From positions 10,912-74,911 of IMG/VR virus record IMGVR_UViG_3300027808_002535: 64,000 nucleotides of DNA; one strand, written 5' to 3'. How positions within the stretch are numbered: position 1 is the stretch's first letter; each line of letters begins with the position of its first letter. The notes under the pieces were generated by a model, which saw nothing but the letters and a program-made list of their open reading frames with translations, did no database searches and was not told the origin of the DNA. A program made the position numbers and the translations under genes. The DNA is from a virus (taxonomy: Duplodnaviria > Caudoviricetes). Below, piece by piece: positions 28,970-37,910 of the stretch.

Positions 28970-30136
28970 CTATTCTGGCAACAATCCAGGAAGTAGGCCG
29001 GCGTCATAATATTTTCTAAATCGTTTTAATCCATCCCCGCTTTCAAGAACATGGTTCGATAATTTGGAACTTACATAATCCACACCTTCTTGCCAAACAT
29101 TAACTGCTTTTGAATTAGAGTATCCATCTTTAAACCAAATATCAAATTCACTGTACCAATCAGACGTTGATTTATCTGCTTGCCAGTAAGATGCATCCCA
29201 TGTGCTGTACAATAAACTTCTCAATATTGGTTCATGAATTAGCCTCGAGACTTGATATGTATTATTTTCTAGATGCCAAAATTTTTGCATCTCTGGATTG
29301 GCGCCTAGATATTTTTTAATGACATGGCATTGCTTAATCAATAAAGGCACACAATTTGGACTCCAGTAAAAAAATTCAGCTGTACTGTTATTATAATCTG
29401 TTAAATGTTCTGAAACAGTTTGTTGATTTGCCGACCTGTCAATGAAATTCATTATCACATGATCTTTATAAGGACCTTTTGTGGGAATTATTATTTTAGG
29501 TTTTTCGACACCTATAATCATACACACGCTTTTTTCTTTGTCAAATCTTTTACGGACTTCAGTGAGATACAAATAGTTAAATCGTGTTGCACCGGCTGGG
29601 TTCAGTCCTTCCCTTTTACTAAGAATCCAACTAGCATCTCCGGTGTTCTCCATTAATCCAAAGAGATGGTCACTCATGTCTGCCAAGGTAATTTTTGTTT
29701 TGGGTATTTTAGGTGAAATCTCTTTTAATCTAGGCAGGGTCTGCAGATAATGTTCAGCATTGGCATTCTTCGCGTCTTTATTTGCTGGATTTAAATCGAC
29801 GAATTTTCCAGCTGCTTTTTCAAAATGGTTAACAAGTATTTCATCAATGTGTAGACCTTGGCGCACAAAGCTCATTAAAATATTGTGACTATCGGCGCCG
29901 CCGCTGTAACTCAATATAACATAATCGTATTCATTTCTTAATTGTCTTGCTCGACGATTATATAACTCATCTAATGTTTCTTCTGGTTCTATTTTCCAAT
30001 TATATGATTTAAAAATTTCATCATTGAACATCCATTCGGCGGGTTCATTTACTTCATTGCTATATAATAATGCTTTTATCTTAGATGAGAATTCTTGCCC
30101 GTTGCATACATAGTATCCTAAATTTTTGTTTATCAT
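28970..30136 (-). CDS. PP-loop ATPase (asparagine synthetase/QueC-like superfamily)
   Basis: ILSYSGGADSHN. Confidence 0.65.
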   Translation of the reverse strand: MINKNLGYYVCNGQEFSSKIKALLYSNEVNEPAEWMFNDEIFKSYNWKIEPEETLDELYNRRARQLRNEYDYVILSYSGGADSHNILMSFVRQGLHIDEILVNHFEKAAGKFVDLNPANKDAKNANAEHYLQTLPRLKEISPKIPKTKITLADMSDHLFGLMENTGDASWILSKREGLNPAGATRFNYLYLTEVRKRFDKEKSVCMIIGVEKPKIIIPTKGPYKDHVIMNFIDRSANQQTVSEHLTDYNNSTAEFFYWSPNCVPLLIKQCHVIKKYLGANPEMQKFWHLENNTYQVSRLIHEPILRSLLYSTWDASYWQADKSTSDWYSEFDIWFKDGYSNSKAVNVWQEGVDYVSSKLSNHVLESGDGLKRFRKYYDAGLLPGLLPE

Positions 30137-30219
30137 TGACAGTACTTGGTAAATAATCTTATAATTTATTTAGTAAGCAAAAATGAAATTTGTATTTAAA
30201 AATATTGTTAAATACTACT

Positions 30220-30945
30220 ATGAACAAACAACAGCTCAATGAACTGTTTTGTGGTATTGGCTACAAGGTTTTCAAAGATATAGTAGATCCTACTATTATC
30301 GATAACATTAATAAAAAAACTGAATTGCTAGTTCCGCATCGTGGCCATGCCATGGACCACAAGTATTACCCTGCTGATAAAGTAGCAGAATGTAAAGACT
30401 TGGCTGTTTGGTGGAGCCAAGAACTAAGCGGGTGGCCAGAGGTTCAAGAAGTTACTCGTCGACTTATCAATACCGTCGGGATACTTTTTGACAAACCCGA
30501 TTCATATATTGCAGACATTATTACCAATGAACCAGGTAATACACATATTAAACCGCATATAGACAGTCCATATCGTTTTCCCAAATGGTGGAACGAAAAT
30601 GAATTATTAGGTGTACAATGTATTCTACCACTGTGCGAATTTACATCAAAGAATGGTGGTACCGGCTTATTGCCAAACAGTCATAATACTCGCTGGGTGG
30701 TCAAAGACAGCTATGCTGGAAAATACAATGAAGAGTTTTTGGCAGGAGTCGAACAACCCAAAATGTCGACGGGTGACGCACTAATTTACCATCCTCGCAC
30801 ACTTCACAGCACAATGCCAAATAACACTGATGTTCCACGCAGAGCATTACTTGTTCATATCACAAGTAAAGAAATGGCGAGACTATTACAAGCAGAAGAT
30901 ACAATTTGGCAAGAAGAATTAAAAAAGATGTCAACGAAATACTGA
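30220..30945 (+). CDS. PhyH-like 2OG-Fe(II) dioxygenase
   Basis: PHID, NGGTGLLPNSH, GDALIYHPRTLHS and RRAL. Confidence 0.85.
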   Translation: MNKQQLNELFCGIGYKVFKDIVDPTIIDNINKKTELLVPHRGHAMDHKYYPADKVAECKDLAVWWSQELSGWPEVQEVTRRLINTVGILFDKPDSYIADIITNEPGNTHIKPHIDSPYRFPKWWNENELLGVQCILPLCEFTSKNGGTGLLPNSHNTRWVVKDSYAGKYNEEFLAGVEQPKMSTGDALIYHPRTLHSTMPNNTDVPRRALLVHITSKEMARLLQAEDTIWQEELKKMSTKY

Positions 30946-31013
30946 GCTGCCGCGTTATATATATGTAGGGACAAAAATGTCGCCACAATTCATTAACCAA
31001 AAGGAAACTTAAA

Positions 31014-31301
31014 ATGAAAAATCTTATCGCTACTCTAATCGTTGCATTTGCCGCAACATCCGCTTTTGCACAAGCACCTGCCAAGACAGAAGAAGTTAAG
31101 AAGCCTGCTGCCGCAGTTGCCGCTCCTGCTACACCTAAGGAAATGCCCAAGGTTGACAAGCCAAAGACAAAAGCTGATAAAGCAGCCGAAGCAAAGGCAG
31201 GTAAGCCAGCCGACACTAAAAGTGCTACACCTGCATCAGCACCTGCTGTCAAAGCAGACGAAAAGGCTCCTGCAAAGCCTGCCGCAACTCCAGCCAAGTA
31301 A
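31014..31301 (+). CDS. Small secreted Ala/Pro/Lys-rich protein
   Basis: Signal peptide ending SAFA; low-complexity body; AAGGA RBS. Confidence 0.75.
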   Translation: MKNLIATLIVAFAATSAFAQAPAKTEEVKKPAAAVAAPATPKEMPKVDKPKTKADKAAEAKAGKPADTKSATPASAPAVKADEKAPAKPAATPAK

Positions 31302-31461
31302 TTTTGAGCTAGATGGCGGATGCTACAACTTTGAAAGTGAAGTAGAATTTCATCGTGGCTATCATAGACCCAGACTTGTCGACATAGACGATGATGAAGT
31401 CAGTGATTATGTAGCAACAAGGTTGGCGCTGGCCCGTGAAAAGGCCATGCAAGCATACAGA

Positions 31462-31489
31462 GAAAAATGGGCTTAATTGCCCATTTTTC
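31462..31489 (+). terminator. Perfect 11-bp hairpin, probable terminator
   Basis: GAAAAATGGGC-ttaatt-GCCCATTTTTC. Confidence 0.6.
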
Positions 31490-31529
31490 ATTTGTTGACA
31501 TAAATTGATTTTGAGTGTATAATCACGTT

Positions 31530-31763
31530 ATGAACAAAGAAAAAGTAAACAATATCTTACAATGGACGGGTACATTTTTCATCCTTGCGATGTATGTGCT
31601 GATGAACTTCTTTAGAGAATTGGGATTAGATCCTGTGTGCGGATTACTAGGTGGACTATGCTTTGCCGCTTGGGCATATCGTACAGTAAATAAACCACAG
31701 ATGTTGGTCAATGTCGTAGCCATTTCTGTATGCGTAATCGGTTTAGTCAAAGCCTTTAATTGA
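31530..31763 (+). CDS. Small membrane protein
   Basis: About three hydrophobic segments; own promoter. Confidence 0.6.
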   Translation: MNKEKVNNILQWTGTFFILAMYVLMNFFRELGLDPVCGLLGGLCFAAWAYRTVNKPQMLVNVVAISVCVIGLVKAFN

Positions 31764-31818
31764 CACAAATTGGTTTTGGTTGTATAATAAACACATCAAC
31801 AGCAAAAAGGAGCCCCAA

Positions 31819-32100
31819 ATGAAACAAGACTACACCATGTACATCTACAAAAAAGATCGTCGTGCTAAAACAGGTGAGCGCCTGATTAGCACCACAGTGT
31901 GGCGAGACCGCGACGAAGCAGGCATGCGCCGTGAGTGCAATGAACTCTACAACCTTTACCCTGCAACCCGGGGCTGGAGGTTTGAATGCCACCCCACAAT
32001 GAAGACAGTGAAGAATTTGATGACTGGTGCGGATGTGCAGATTGACCGGGACACTCCTTGGGCTTGCAATCCTGCCAGCGAAACGTATTGGTCAATGTAA
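31819..32100 (+). CDS. Early hypothetical protein
   Basis: Promoter plus AAGGAG RBS; ends TPWACNPASETYWSM. Confidence 0.75.
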   Translation: MKQDYTMYIYKKDRRAKTGERLISTTVWRDRDEAGMRRECNELYNLYPATRGWRFECHPTMKTVKNLMTGADVQIDRDTPWACNPASETYWSM

Positions 32101-32160
32101 TTGACACAAATTGGTTTTGGCAGTATAATACATTATCGTTAAACAAAACAGGAGTTCAAA

Positions 32161-32499
32161 ATGTCAGTAGATCTTAAAGAGTTAGTTGAAGCCGCTGTTT
32201 CACAAGGCCGAGTTGAAGCTCGTCGTAAGACGGAACAATTTCTGGCTAAACATGGTGATCGTGATGCCTGCGGTTTTGCTTGGGTTACTGTATTTGAAAA
32301 AGGTTCAACCAAATTGGGCAAGGCGCTGATAGCCAACGGATTTAGTAAATCTTACAGCGGTGGTCTCCAACTTTGGGATCCAAGTCAGTCTTTTACACAA
32401 AGCATTTCTGCCAAAGAAGCAGGTGCAGAAGCATTCGTAGCAGTGATGAAAAATACTTTCCCAGCCATGCAAGTTTATGCTGGTTCACGAATGGACTAA
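32161..32499 (+). CDS. Early hypothetical protein
   Basis: Promoter plus AGGAG RBS; contains ACGFAWV. Confidence 0.75.
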   Translation: MSVDLKELVEAAVSQGRVEARRKTEQFLAKHGDRDACGFAWVTVFEKGSTKLGKALIANGFSKSYSGGLQLWDPSQSFTQSISAKEAGAEAFVAVMKNTFPAMQVYAGSRMD

Positions 32500-32552
32500 T
32501 TGACACAAATTGGTTTTGGCAGTATAATACATTATCGCAACAAGGAGTTAAC

Positions 32553-32813
32553 ATGAAAGCACTTCAAAAATTTATCGACCAGAAGAATCATTGGAACGCT
32601 ATCTTCAAAGGTCCTCAATACGAAATCACTACTGCCGCTGGCCGCCAAAAAGTAGCAGATATGATTGATTCCGCTCTTAGCCCAGAGAACTTGACCTGCG
32701 ATGGTGAACTACCACGCACAGAAGTTAACCGTCGTTGGAAAGAATTGAATTCTGCCGCAAAACAACTTCGCCAGTTGGATCCCAATGTTAAGTTTTACGA
32801 ATACGATTATTAA
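32553..32813 (+). CDS. Early hypothetical protein
   Basis: Promoter plus AAGGAG RBS; contains LSPENLTCDGE. Confidence 0.75.
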   Translation: MKALQKFIDQKNHWNAIFKGPQYEITTAAGRQKVADMIDSALSPENLTCDGELPRTEVNRRWKELNSAAKQLRQLDPNVKFYEYDY

Positions 32814-32822
32814 GGAAAAATT

Positions 32823-32981
32823 ATGAGTAGAATGTCAGAACTTACATTTGATATACAAGATATGCTAGAAGCTGGTTATTTGCCAGTGACTATTGCTCGC
32901 CAACTTGAAATTCCTATTACTTGGGTCTTTGAGGAAATCGAACAAGAAGAACTAAGCCCATTTGAAACAATTAATTCTTAA
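32823..32981 (+). CDS. Small hypothetical protein (52 aa, not in the ORF track)
   Basis: AAGGA RBS; MSRMSELTFDIQDMLEAG... Confidence 0.6.
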   Translation: MSRMSELTFDIQDMLEAGYLPVTIARQLEIPITWVFEEIEQEELSPFETINS

Positions 32982-32986
32982 ACATC

Positions 32987-33220
32987 ATGAACAAATTTGA
33001 TAAAGAAAATTTAGAATTTTTTATGCAATCTGACAAGGACACTATTCGAGATTGGTGCGAATGGGCTGATCAAGTTAACATGGCGTATGCTATGAAACTG
33101 ATCCAAACTGAACTTTCTCGATTGGCTGTACACTCTTTGACACTGGACGATGACGTTGCTCACACTGATGACGCAGACCGTGCCATCCTAGAGATGCTAG
33201 AGAAATTTGACACAAAATAA
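32987..33220 (+). CDS. Hypothetical protein
   Basis: 77 aa ORF. Confidence 0.6.
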   Translation: MNKFDKENLEFFMQSDKDTIRDWCEWADQVNMAYAMKLIQTELSRLAVHSLTLDDDVAHTDDADRAILEMLEKFDTK

Positions 33221-33256
33221 TTTTGGTGTTATAATAACACTTTAATGGAGAGAATT

Positions 33257-33415
33257 ATGAAGCGAGAAATCATTACTGCTAAAGTTCCTAAACAGAAACG
33301 CCGTGCTGAGTTCTTGTTTCATAACGGTGCTTATCGCCCGCAGGTCGTTGCTAGCCAAAAAGTTTACAACCGTAAAAAATTGGCAAAAGTAGTAATTGAC
33401 ACAAAAGGTGATTGA
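33257..33415 (+). CDS. Small basic protein (52 aa), ArfA-like pattern
   Basis: Own promoter and GGAG RBS; FLFHNGAYRPQVVASQKVYNRKK. Confidence 0.55.
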   Translation: MKREIITAKVPKQKRRAEFLFHNGAYRPQVVASQKVYNRKKLAKVVIDTKGD

Positions 33416-33485
33416 GCATACAATAGTGATACGGTGAATGGTTCACCGTACACATGTTTTTACACACAGAGAAAGAGAATCTAAA

Positions 33486-33743
33486 ATGGCTACATCTAAA
33501 ACTTTTACAGTAGTTGGCGTTTCAACACTTAATGGCAAAACTAAAGTTCGTTTTGCCAACGACTTTGCTAGTCGTATTAAGAACTTGGTCAAGAATGGTC
33601 ACACTAATGTGGAACTGTTCGAGTTGCCTAGTGCAATGACTAAAGATGCCGCACTGGCGCACGTTAAGGCTAATAGCCTTTTTGCTATCCCTGCTGACAC
33701 AGACGTCACAGCGGAAGACCTCGTAGCAGTAGCAGGCAAGTAA
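33486..33743 (+). CDS. Early hypothetical protein
   Basis: Own promoter; contains KVRFAND...ELPSAMTK. Confidence 0.7.
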   Translation: MATSKTFTVVGVSTLNGKTKVRFANDFASRIKNLVKNGHTNVELFELPSAMTKDAALAHVKANSLFAIPADTDVTAEDLVAVAGK

Positions 33744-33745
33744 TT

Positions 33746-33781
33746 AGGATGGGCACAGAAGTGTGCCCAATCCTTCTTTTT
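33746..33781 (+). terminator. Rho-independent terminator
   Basis: AGGAT-GGGCACA-gaag-TGTGCCC-aATCCT followed by a T-run. Confidence 0.65.
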
Positions 33782-33792
33782 AGGAAATCATA

Positions 33793-34014
33793 ATGAGCAC
33801 ATTGCAGTTGCATGGTCGCCAATTTATGGTGTTTAATGCTAACAATAAAGAACATCGCAAATGGTTTGCCGACTTTAACGCAAGCCGCAAATGGGGTAAT
33901 TGTCCTGTGCGGTTTGTACTTAACGACGCTCACGGTGACTTGATCACACAAATCCAACGAGAACTAATCCAGTTCTATGTTGACAAAGAATTTAAAAACG
34001 TAGTAAAGAAATAA
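33793..34014 (+). CDS. Hypothetical protein
   Basis: AGGA RBS; contains WGNCPVRF. Confidence 0.65.
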   Translation: MSTLQLHGRQFMVFNANNKEHRKWFADFNASRKWGNCPVRFVLNDAHGDLITQIQRELIQFYVDKEFKNVVKK

Positions 34015-34015
34015 A

Positions 34016-34129
34016 ATGACACAACCTGTAACAACACCTAAAGTCGGTGACCAAGTCCGTAGTTCAACTGGCGGCACTATCACATACACTAAGACAGGTC
34101 TAATCCACACTATGTCAAAGAATCGTTAA
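34016..34129 (+). CDS. Very small hypothetical protein (37 aa)
   Basis: Fills the gap exactly; its stop abuts the next TTGACA. Confidence 0.45.
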   Translation: MTQPVTTPKVGDQVRSSTGGTITYTKTGLIHTMSKNR

Positions 34130-34193
34130 TTGACATTAAATAGTTTTGACGTTACAATAGACACATAGCAAAACATTTATAGGAGTATGCTAA

Positions 34194-35309
34194 ATGGCAA
34201 AAGTAAATAAAGGCGGAGTCGGCGAACCCCGTACAGTAAAGATAACAGAAGCAAAGCGTCTCGTTCGCCATGCTATGAAGAAAAAGCGTCCAGTATTCCT
34301 TTGGGGTCCTCCGGGCGTAGGTAAATCCGACCTTGCCGCTCAGTTGGCAGATGAAATGGGCGGCGCACTCGTTGACGTTCGTTTAAACTTGTGGGAACCT
34401 ACAGACATTAAAGGTATTCCTTATTATAACGCAAAAGAAAATGTAATGAGCTGGGCTCCTCCAGCAGAGTTGCCTACTAAAGAGTTTGCCTCCAAGCATC
34501 CTGTGGTAGTGTTATTCCTGGACGAGCTTGCAGGTGCGGCTCCTGCTGTACAGGCCGCGGCTTACCAACTTATCCTTAACCGCAAAGTAGGCACATATGA
34601 ACTGCCAGACAATGTAGTTATTATGGCGGCTGGTAACCGTATGACAGACAAAGGTGTTACTTATCGTATGCCTACTCCATTGGCTAACCGCTTTGTTCAC
34701 TTTGAACTTCGTGTAGACTTTGCAGACTGGAATGTTTGGGCACTACAAAACCGTATCCACCCAGACGTGGTAGGTTACCTAAACTACCAAAAAGCAGACC
34801 TGTACAACTTTGATCCCACTGTACATGACCGCAGTTTTGCTACTCCACGTAGTTGGATGTTCGTCAGCGACTTGCTTGACGACGACATGACAGACAACGA
34901 GCAGACGGATACTGTAGCAGGTTGTGTTGGTGAAGGTCTTGCAATTAAGTTTATGGCTCATCGTAAGATTGCCGCAGACTTGCCTACTCCTACAGACGTG
35001 CTGTCAGGTAAAGTTAAAGAGTTGAAGACCAAAGAAATTAGTGCTATGTATAGTTTGACAACTGGTATGTGCTACGAGTTGAAAGACGGCTACGAGAGTG
35101 CTAAGAAGTCAGGTAACCTAAATACTTGGCATACTAACTGTGAGAACTTTATCCAGTTTATGATGGATAATTTTGAGGCAGAGATGGTTATTATGGGTGC
35201 TCATACAGCACTTAAGAACTATAACTTGCCCTTTGACCACAAGAAGTTGAAGAACTTCCCGGACTTCTTCAAACGCTATGCTCACTTGGTAGTGGATGTC
35301 AGCAATTGA
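34194..35309 (+). CDS. MoxR-like AAA+ ATPase
   Basis: Walker A GPPGVGKS, Walker B LFLDE, AAGN, LANRF, TPRSW. Confidence 0.9.
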   Translation: MAKVNKGGVGEPRTVKITEAKRLVRHAMKKKRPVFLWGPPGVGKSDLAAQLADEMGGALVDVRLNLWEPTDIKGIPYYNAKENVMSWAPPAELPTKEFASKHPVVVLFLDELAGAAPAVQAAAYQLILNRKVGTYELPDNVVIMAAGNRMTDKGVTYRMPTPLANRFVHFELRVDFADWNVWALQNRIHPDVVGYLNYQKADLYNFDPTVHDRSFATPRSWMFVSDLLDDDMTDNEQTDTVAGCVGEGLAIKFMAHRKIAADLPTPTDVLSGKVKELKTKEISAMYSLTTGMCYELKDGYESAKKSGNLNTWHTNCENFIQFMMDNFEAEMVIMGAHTALKNYNLPFDHKKLKNFPDFFKRYAHLVVDVSN

Positions 35310-35661
35310 TATTGAAGACGAGCTCAAGGCTCACTTGGAATATATAACTATAGACAAGGAAAGGGGTATCCCTTTCCGGTCTGAAATGTTAGAATTGGTC
35401 TACGGTAATATGGATTATGTTAGAAGTGTGTTTGGTCCAGGTGAACTTACACGAGACAGTATCATTGACTATTTTGACCTTGCAAGGACTACTTGGTCGG
35501 AGATAGACTACACAGATGGTCGAACAAGAAACGAGTTAATCAAATGGTGCAGATCAATGAGTATCAAACCCTTGCATTACTATGCACCATTGGGTACCAA
35601 GACCATTTGGTTTAAAGAACCAGAGTCAGCTTTTCTTTGCCGTTTAAAATTCGGACTTTAA
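35296..35661 (+). CDS. Hypothetical protein
   Basis: 121 aa, between the ATPase and vWA genes. Confidence 0.55.
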   Translation: MSAIDIEDELKAHLEYITIDKERGIPFRSEMLELVYGNMDYVRSVFGPGELTRDSIIDYFDLARTTWSEIDYTDGRTRNELIKWCRSMSIKPLHYYAPLGTKTIWFKEPESAFLCRLKFGL

Positions 35662-35711
35662 TTGACATTAAATAAAGTTAAGTGTATAATAGATACATAC
35701 AGGAGCACAAT

Positions 35712-36905
35712 ATGAAATTTACAACTAAAGATAGACTTACTAAAGCCCGTGTTAAGATGTTGCTTAAACATCCTTTCTGGGGTAACTTAGCAACTCGTCT
35801 TAAATTGGTAGAGAACAGTGACTGGCTGACAACTGCCGCCACAGATGGTCGCCACTTTTACTATTGCGAAAAGTTTATTGAAAGTTTAGACGATGAAGAA
35901 CTAGTGTTCTTGTTTGGACACGAAGTCGGACACATTGTCTATGACCACATGGGACGTCGTGGAGATAGAGATCCACAGTTATGGAACATGGCAGGTGACT
36001 ATCTTATCAACGACATGCTTATCCAAAACAATGTTGGTAAGAAGATTACTAAGGTGCCAATCCTGTGGGATCCTAAATTCCGTGACATGACCACAGAAGA
36101 AGTCTATGACGACTTGTTTAAGAACGCTGTTAAGATACAAGTTACTTTGGACATGCACATGGACGGCAGTGGTGAAGAAGGCGAAGATGGCAAGGGCAGT
36201 GACGGCAAGAGTAAGTCCAGTGGCATTAAGATTGACGAAGAGACTGCTAAGAAAATGCGTGATGAAATGAAGGAAGCTATCCTGCAAAGTGCTCAAGCGG
36301 CAGGCGCAGGTAACGTCCCGAGCGGTATCAAACGTCTTATTAATAACTTTACTGCTCCCAAGATGCGTTGGCAAGACCTGTTGCGTATACAATTAGAATC
36401 CAGTTTAAAAAATAACTATAGCTTTATGCGTCCTAGCCGCAAGGGCTGGCATACCGGTGCAGTATTGCCCGGCATGTTGCCAGCAGAAGAATTGGATATA
36501 GTAGTTGCCATTGACATGTCGGGCAGTATTAGCGATGAGATGGCACAGGATTTCTTGTCAGAAGTCAAAGGTATGATGGACTTGTACAACAGTTACAAAA
36601 TACATGTATTTTGTTTTGATACAGAAGTATATAATCCTGTGACATTCAGCGATGACTATGGAGATGATATCAGTACCTACGAAACAATGGGTGGCGGCGG
36701 AACAGACTTTGACGCTTGCTGGAGATACATGAAAGACAACGACATTGAGCCCAAACAGTTTATTATGTTTACGGATGGCTACCCGTATGACAGTTGGGGC
36801 GATGAAAACTACTGCGACACGTTGTTTGTTGTACATGGTAATGAACAGATAGAAGCACCTTTTGGTGTAACTGCACATTACACATTTGACAACGAAACAG
36901 TTTAA
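35712..36905 (+). CDS. Metallopeptidase-like plus vWA domain protein (DUF2201-type MoxR partner)
   Basis: TAATDG, HEVGH, MIDAS DMSGS, GGGTDF, FTDG. Confidence 0.88.
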   Translation: MKFTTKDRLTKARVKMLLKHPFWGNLATRLKLVENSDWLTTAATDGRHFYYCEKFIESLDDEELVFLFGHEVGHIVYDHMGRRGDRDPQLWNMAGDYLINDMLIQNNVGKKITKVPILWDPKFRDMTTEEVYDDLFKNAVKIQVTLDMHMDGSGEEGEDGKGSDGKSKSSGIKIDEETAKKMRDEMKEAILQSAQAAGAGNVPSGIKRLINNFTAPKMRWQDLLRIQLESSLKNNYSFMRPSRKGWHTGAVLPGMLPAEELDIVVAIDMSGSISDEMAQDFLSEVKGMMDLYNSYKIHVFCFDTEVYNPVTFSDDYGDDISTYETMGGGGTDFDACWRYMKDNDIEPKQFIMFTDGYPYDSWGDENYCDTLFVVHGNEQIEAPFGVTAHYTFDNETV

Positions 36906-36918
36906 TTTTATTATTTTT

Positions 36919-36946
36919 AAATAGGACCTTCGGGTCCTATTTTTTT
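36919..36946 (+). terminator. Rho-independent terminator with a cUUCGg loop
   Basis: AAATAGGACC-TTCG-GGTCCTATTT followed by a T-run. Confidence 0.9.
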
Positions 36947-37032
36947 GACTGTGTGCAGGAAGTGTGTTATAATAAGAACATATGCTATAAATAAAATAGG
37001 TATATAATATATCAACCTTAAGGAGAATTTAA

Positions 37033-37299
37033 ATGAACTTGACAGATCTATCTACACTATTAGCCGCAATCGATGTCGCAGTTAAACGTGGTGCTTTCAG
37101 CGTACTAGAAATTGGTGCAGTTGGAGAAACAGCTACTAAGCTAAACAACTTCTTGTTAGAAGCTAAAAAGCAACAAGAAGAAGCCGCTGCCGCTGCCGCT
37201 CAAGCTGCCGCAGAAGGTCAAGCACCTACTGAAGCTGTATCAGAAGCACCTGCTCTGGAAGCAGAAGTTGCCGCTGAAGCACCTGTAGAACAAGCCTAA
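37033..37299 (+). CDS. Hypothetical protein with an Ala/Glu-rich tail
   Basis: TTGACT-N17-TATAAT (36945), TATAAATA (36986) and AAGGAG upstream. Confidence 0.7.
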   Translation: MNLTDLSTLLAAIDVAVKRGAFSVLEIGAVGETATKLNNFLLEAKKQQEEAAAAAAQAAAEGQAPTEAVSEAPALEAEVAAEAPVEQA

Positions 37300-37312
37300 T
37301 TAGGAATTAACT

Positions 37313-37894
37313 ATGCCTAAGTTTACTAAACATGTAGGGCAAGTTGTTAGCACTGGTAAGAAATGTGTTGTTGTATTTAGAACAATACCCAATGACACAT
37401 CTTCTTGCCTTGTTATACAAACAGAAGATATTCCAAATCTTTATCACGATGACTTAATCAACGCTGTTGAAAGTGATAGTGCCCAAGAAGACATGGATTT
37501 CTACAAATATGCTCAACGTATACAATTTCATGATGGAAGAACTATCTTAGAAGGTAGCCACCAAAGTGGTTGGATGATCAAATATCTAACCAGTGAAATT
37601 ATGATGTTGCCGACATTAGAACATAAAATTCTACTCAGTGATCTTAACCAAAAATTAGATCAGGCAGGTAGAACAACCAGTGGTGACATTAGTCAACCAG
37701 CACCAGAAGGCAAGCCTGCTGGTATACTGGATGAAAAAGATATTGCTAATCAAATGCGTGGACAAGCTGCCTTCTTTCGTAAAGAAGCAGAACGGTTGCT
37801 TAAAGAAGCAGACAATTTAGATCCAGCGGCGACAATAGCCACGCAGATTGCTGAGGCTTCGAAGCCTAAGCGAGCATACAACAAAAAAAAGTAA
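37313..37894 (+). CDS. Hypothetical protein
   Basis: 193 aa ORF. Confidence 0.7.
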   Translation: MPKFTKHVGQVVSTGKKCVVVFRTIPNDTSSCLVIQTEDIPNLYHDDLINAVESDSAQEDMDFYKYAQRIQFHDGRTILEGSHQSGWMIKYLTSEIMMLPTLEHKILLSDLNQKLDQAGRTTSGDISQPAPEGKPAGILDEKDIANQMRGQAAFFRKEAERLLKEADNLDPAATIATQIAEASKPKRAYNKKK

Positions 37895-37910
37895 GTAAGG
37901 AACCCGAGAC

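Larger units (their letters stand above)
31495..35690 (+). promoter_or_regulatory. Family of eight related sigma70 early promoters (-35 at 31495, 31760, 32101, 32500, 33207, 33396, 34130, 35662)
   Basis: All are TTGACA-N17-TA(T/C)AAT with related spacers; 41 bp identical at 32098-32138 and 32497-32537. Confidence 0.88.

Noticed and set aside
27763-30136. Lasso peptide cyclases
   Set aside because: No B1/B2 maturation proteins or precursor with a lasso leader pattern nearby
30860-31297. 145 aa antisense ORF and other long antisense or alternate-frame ORFs in the track
   Set aside because: They are shadows of real genes, favoured by Ala/Pro/Lys codon bias, with no RBS or motifs
31757-32537. 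Near-identical 30-41 bp repeats as a CRISPR array
   Set aside because: Repeats are 340-400 bp apart, flank whole genes and match sigma70 promoter consensus; no cas genes seen
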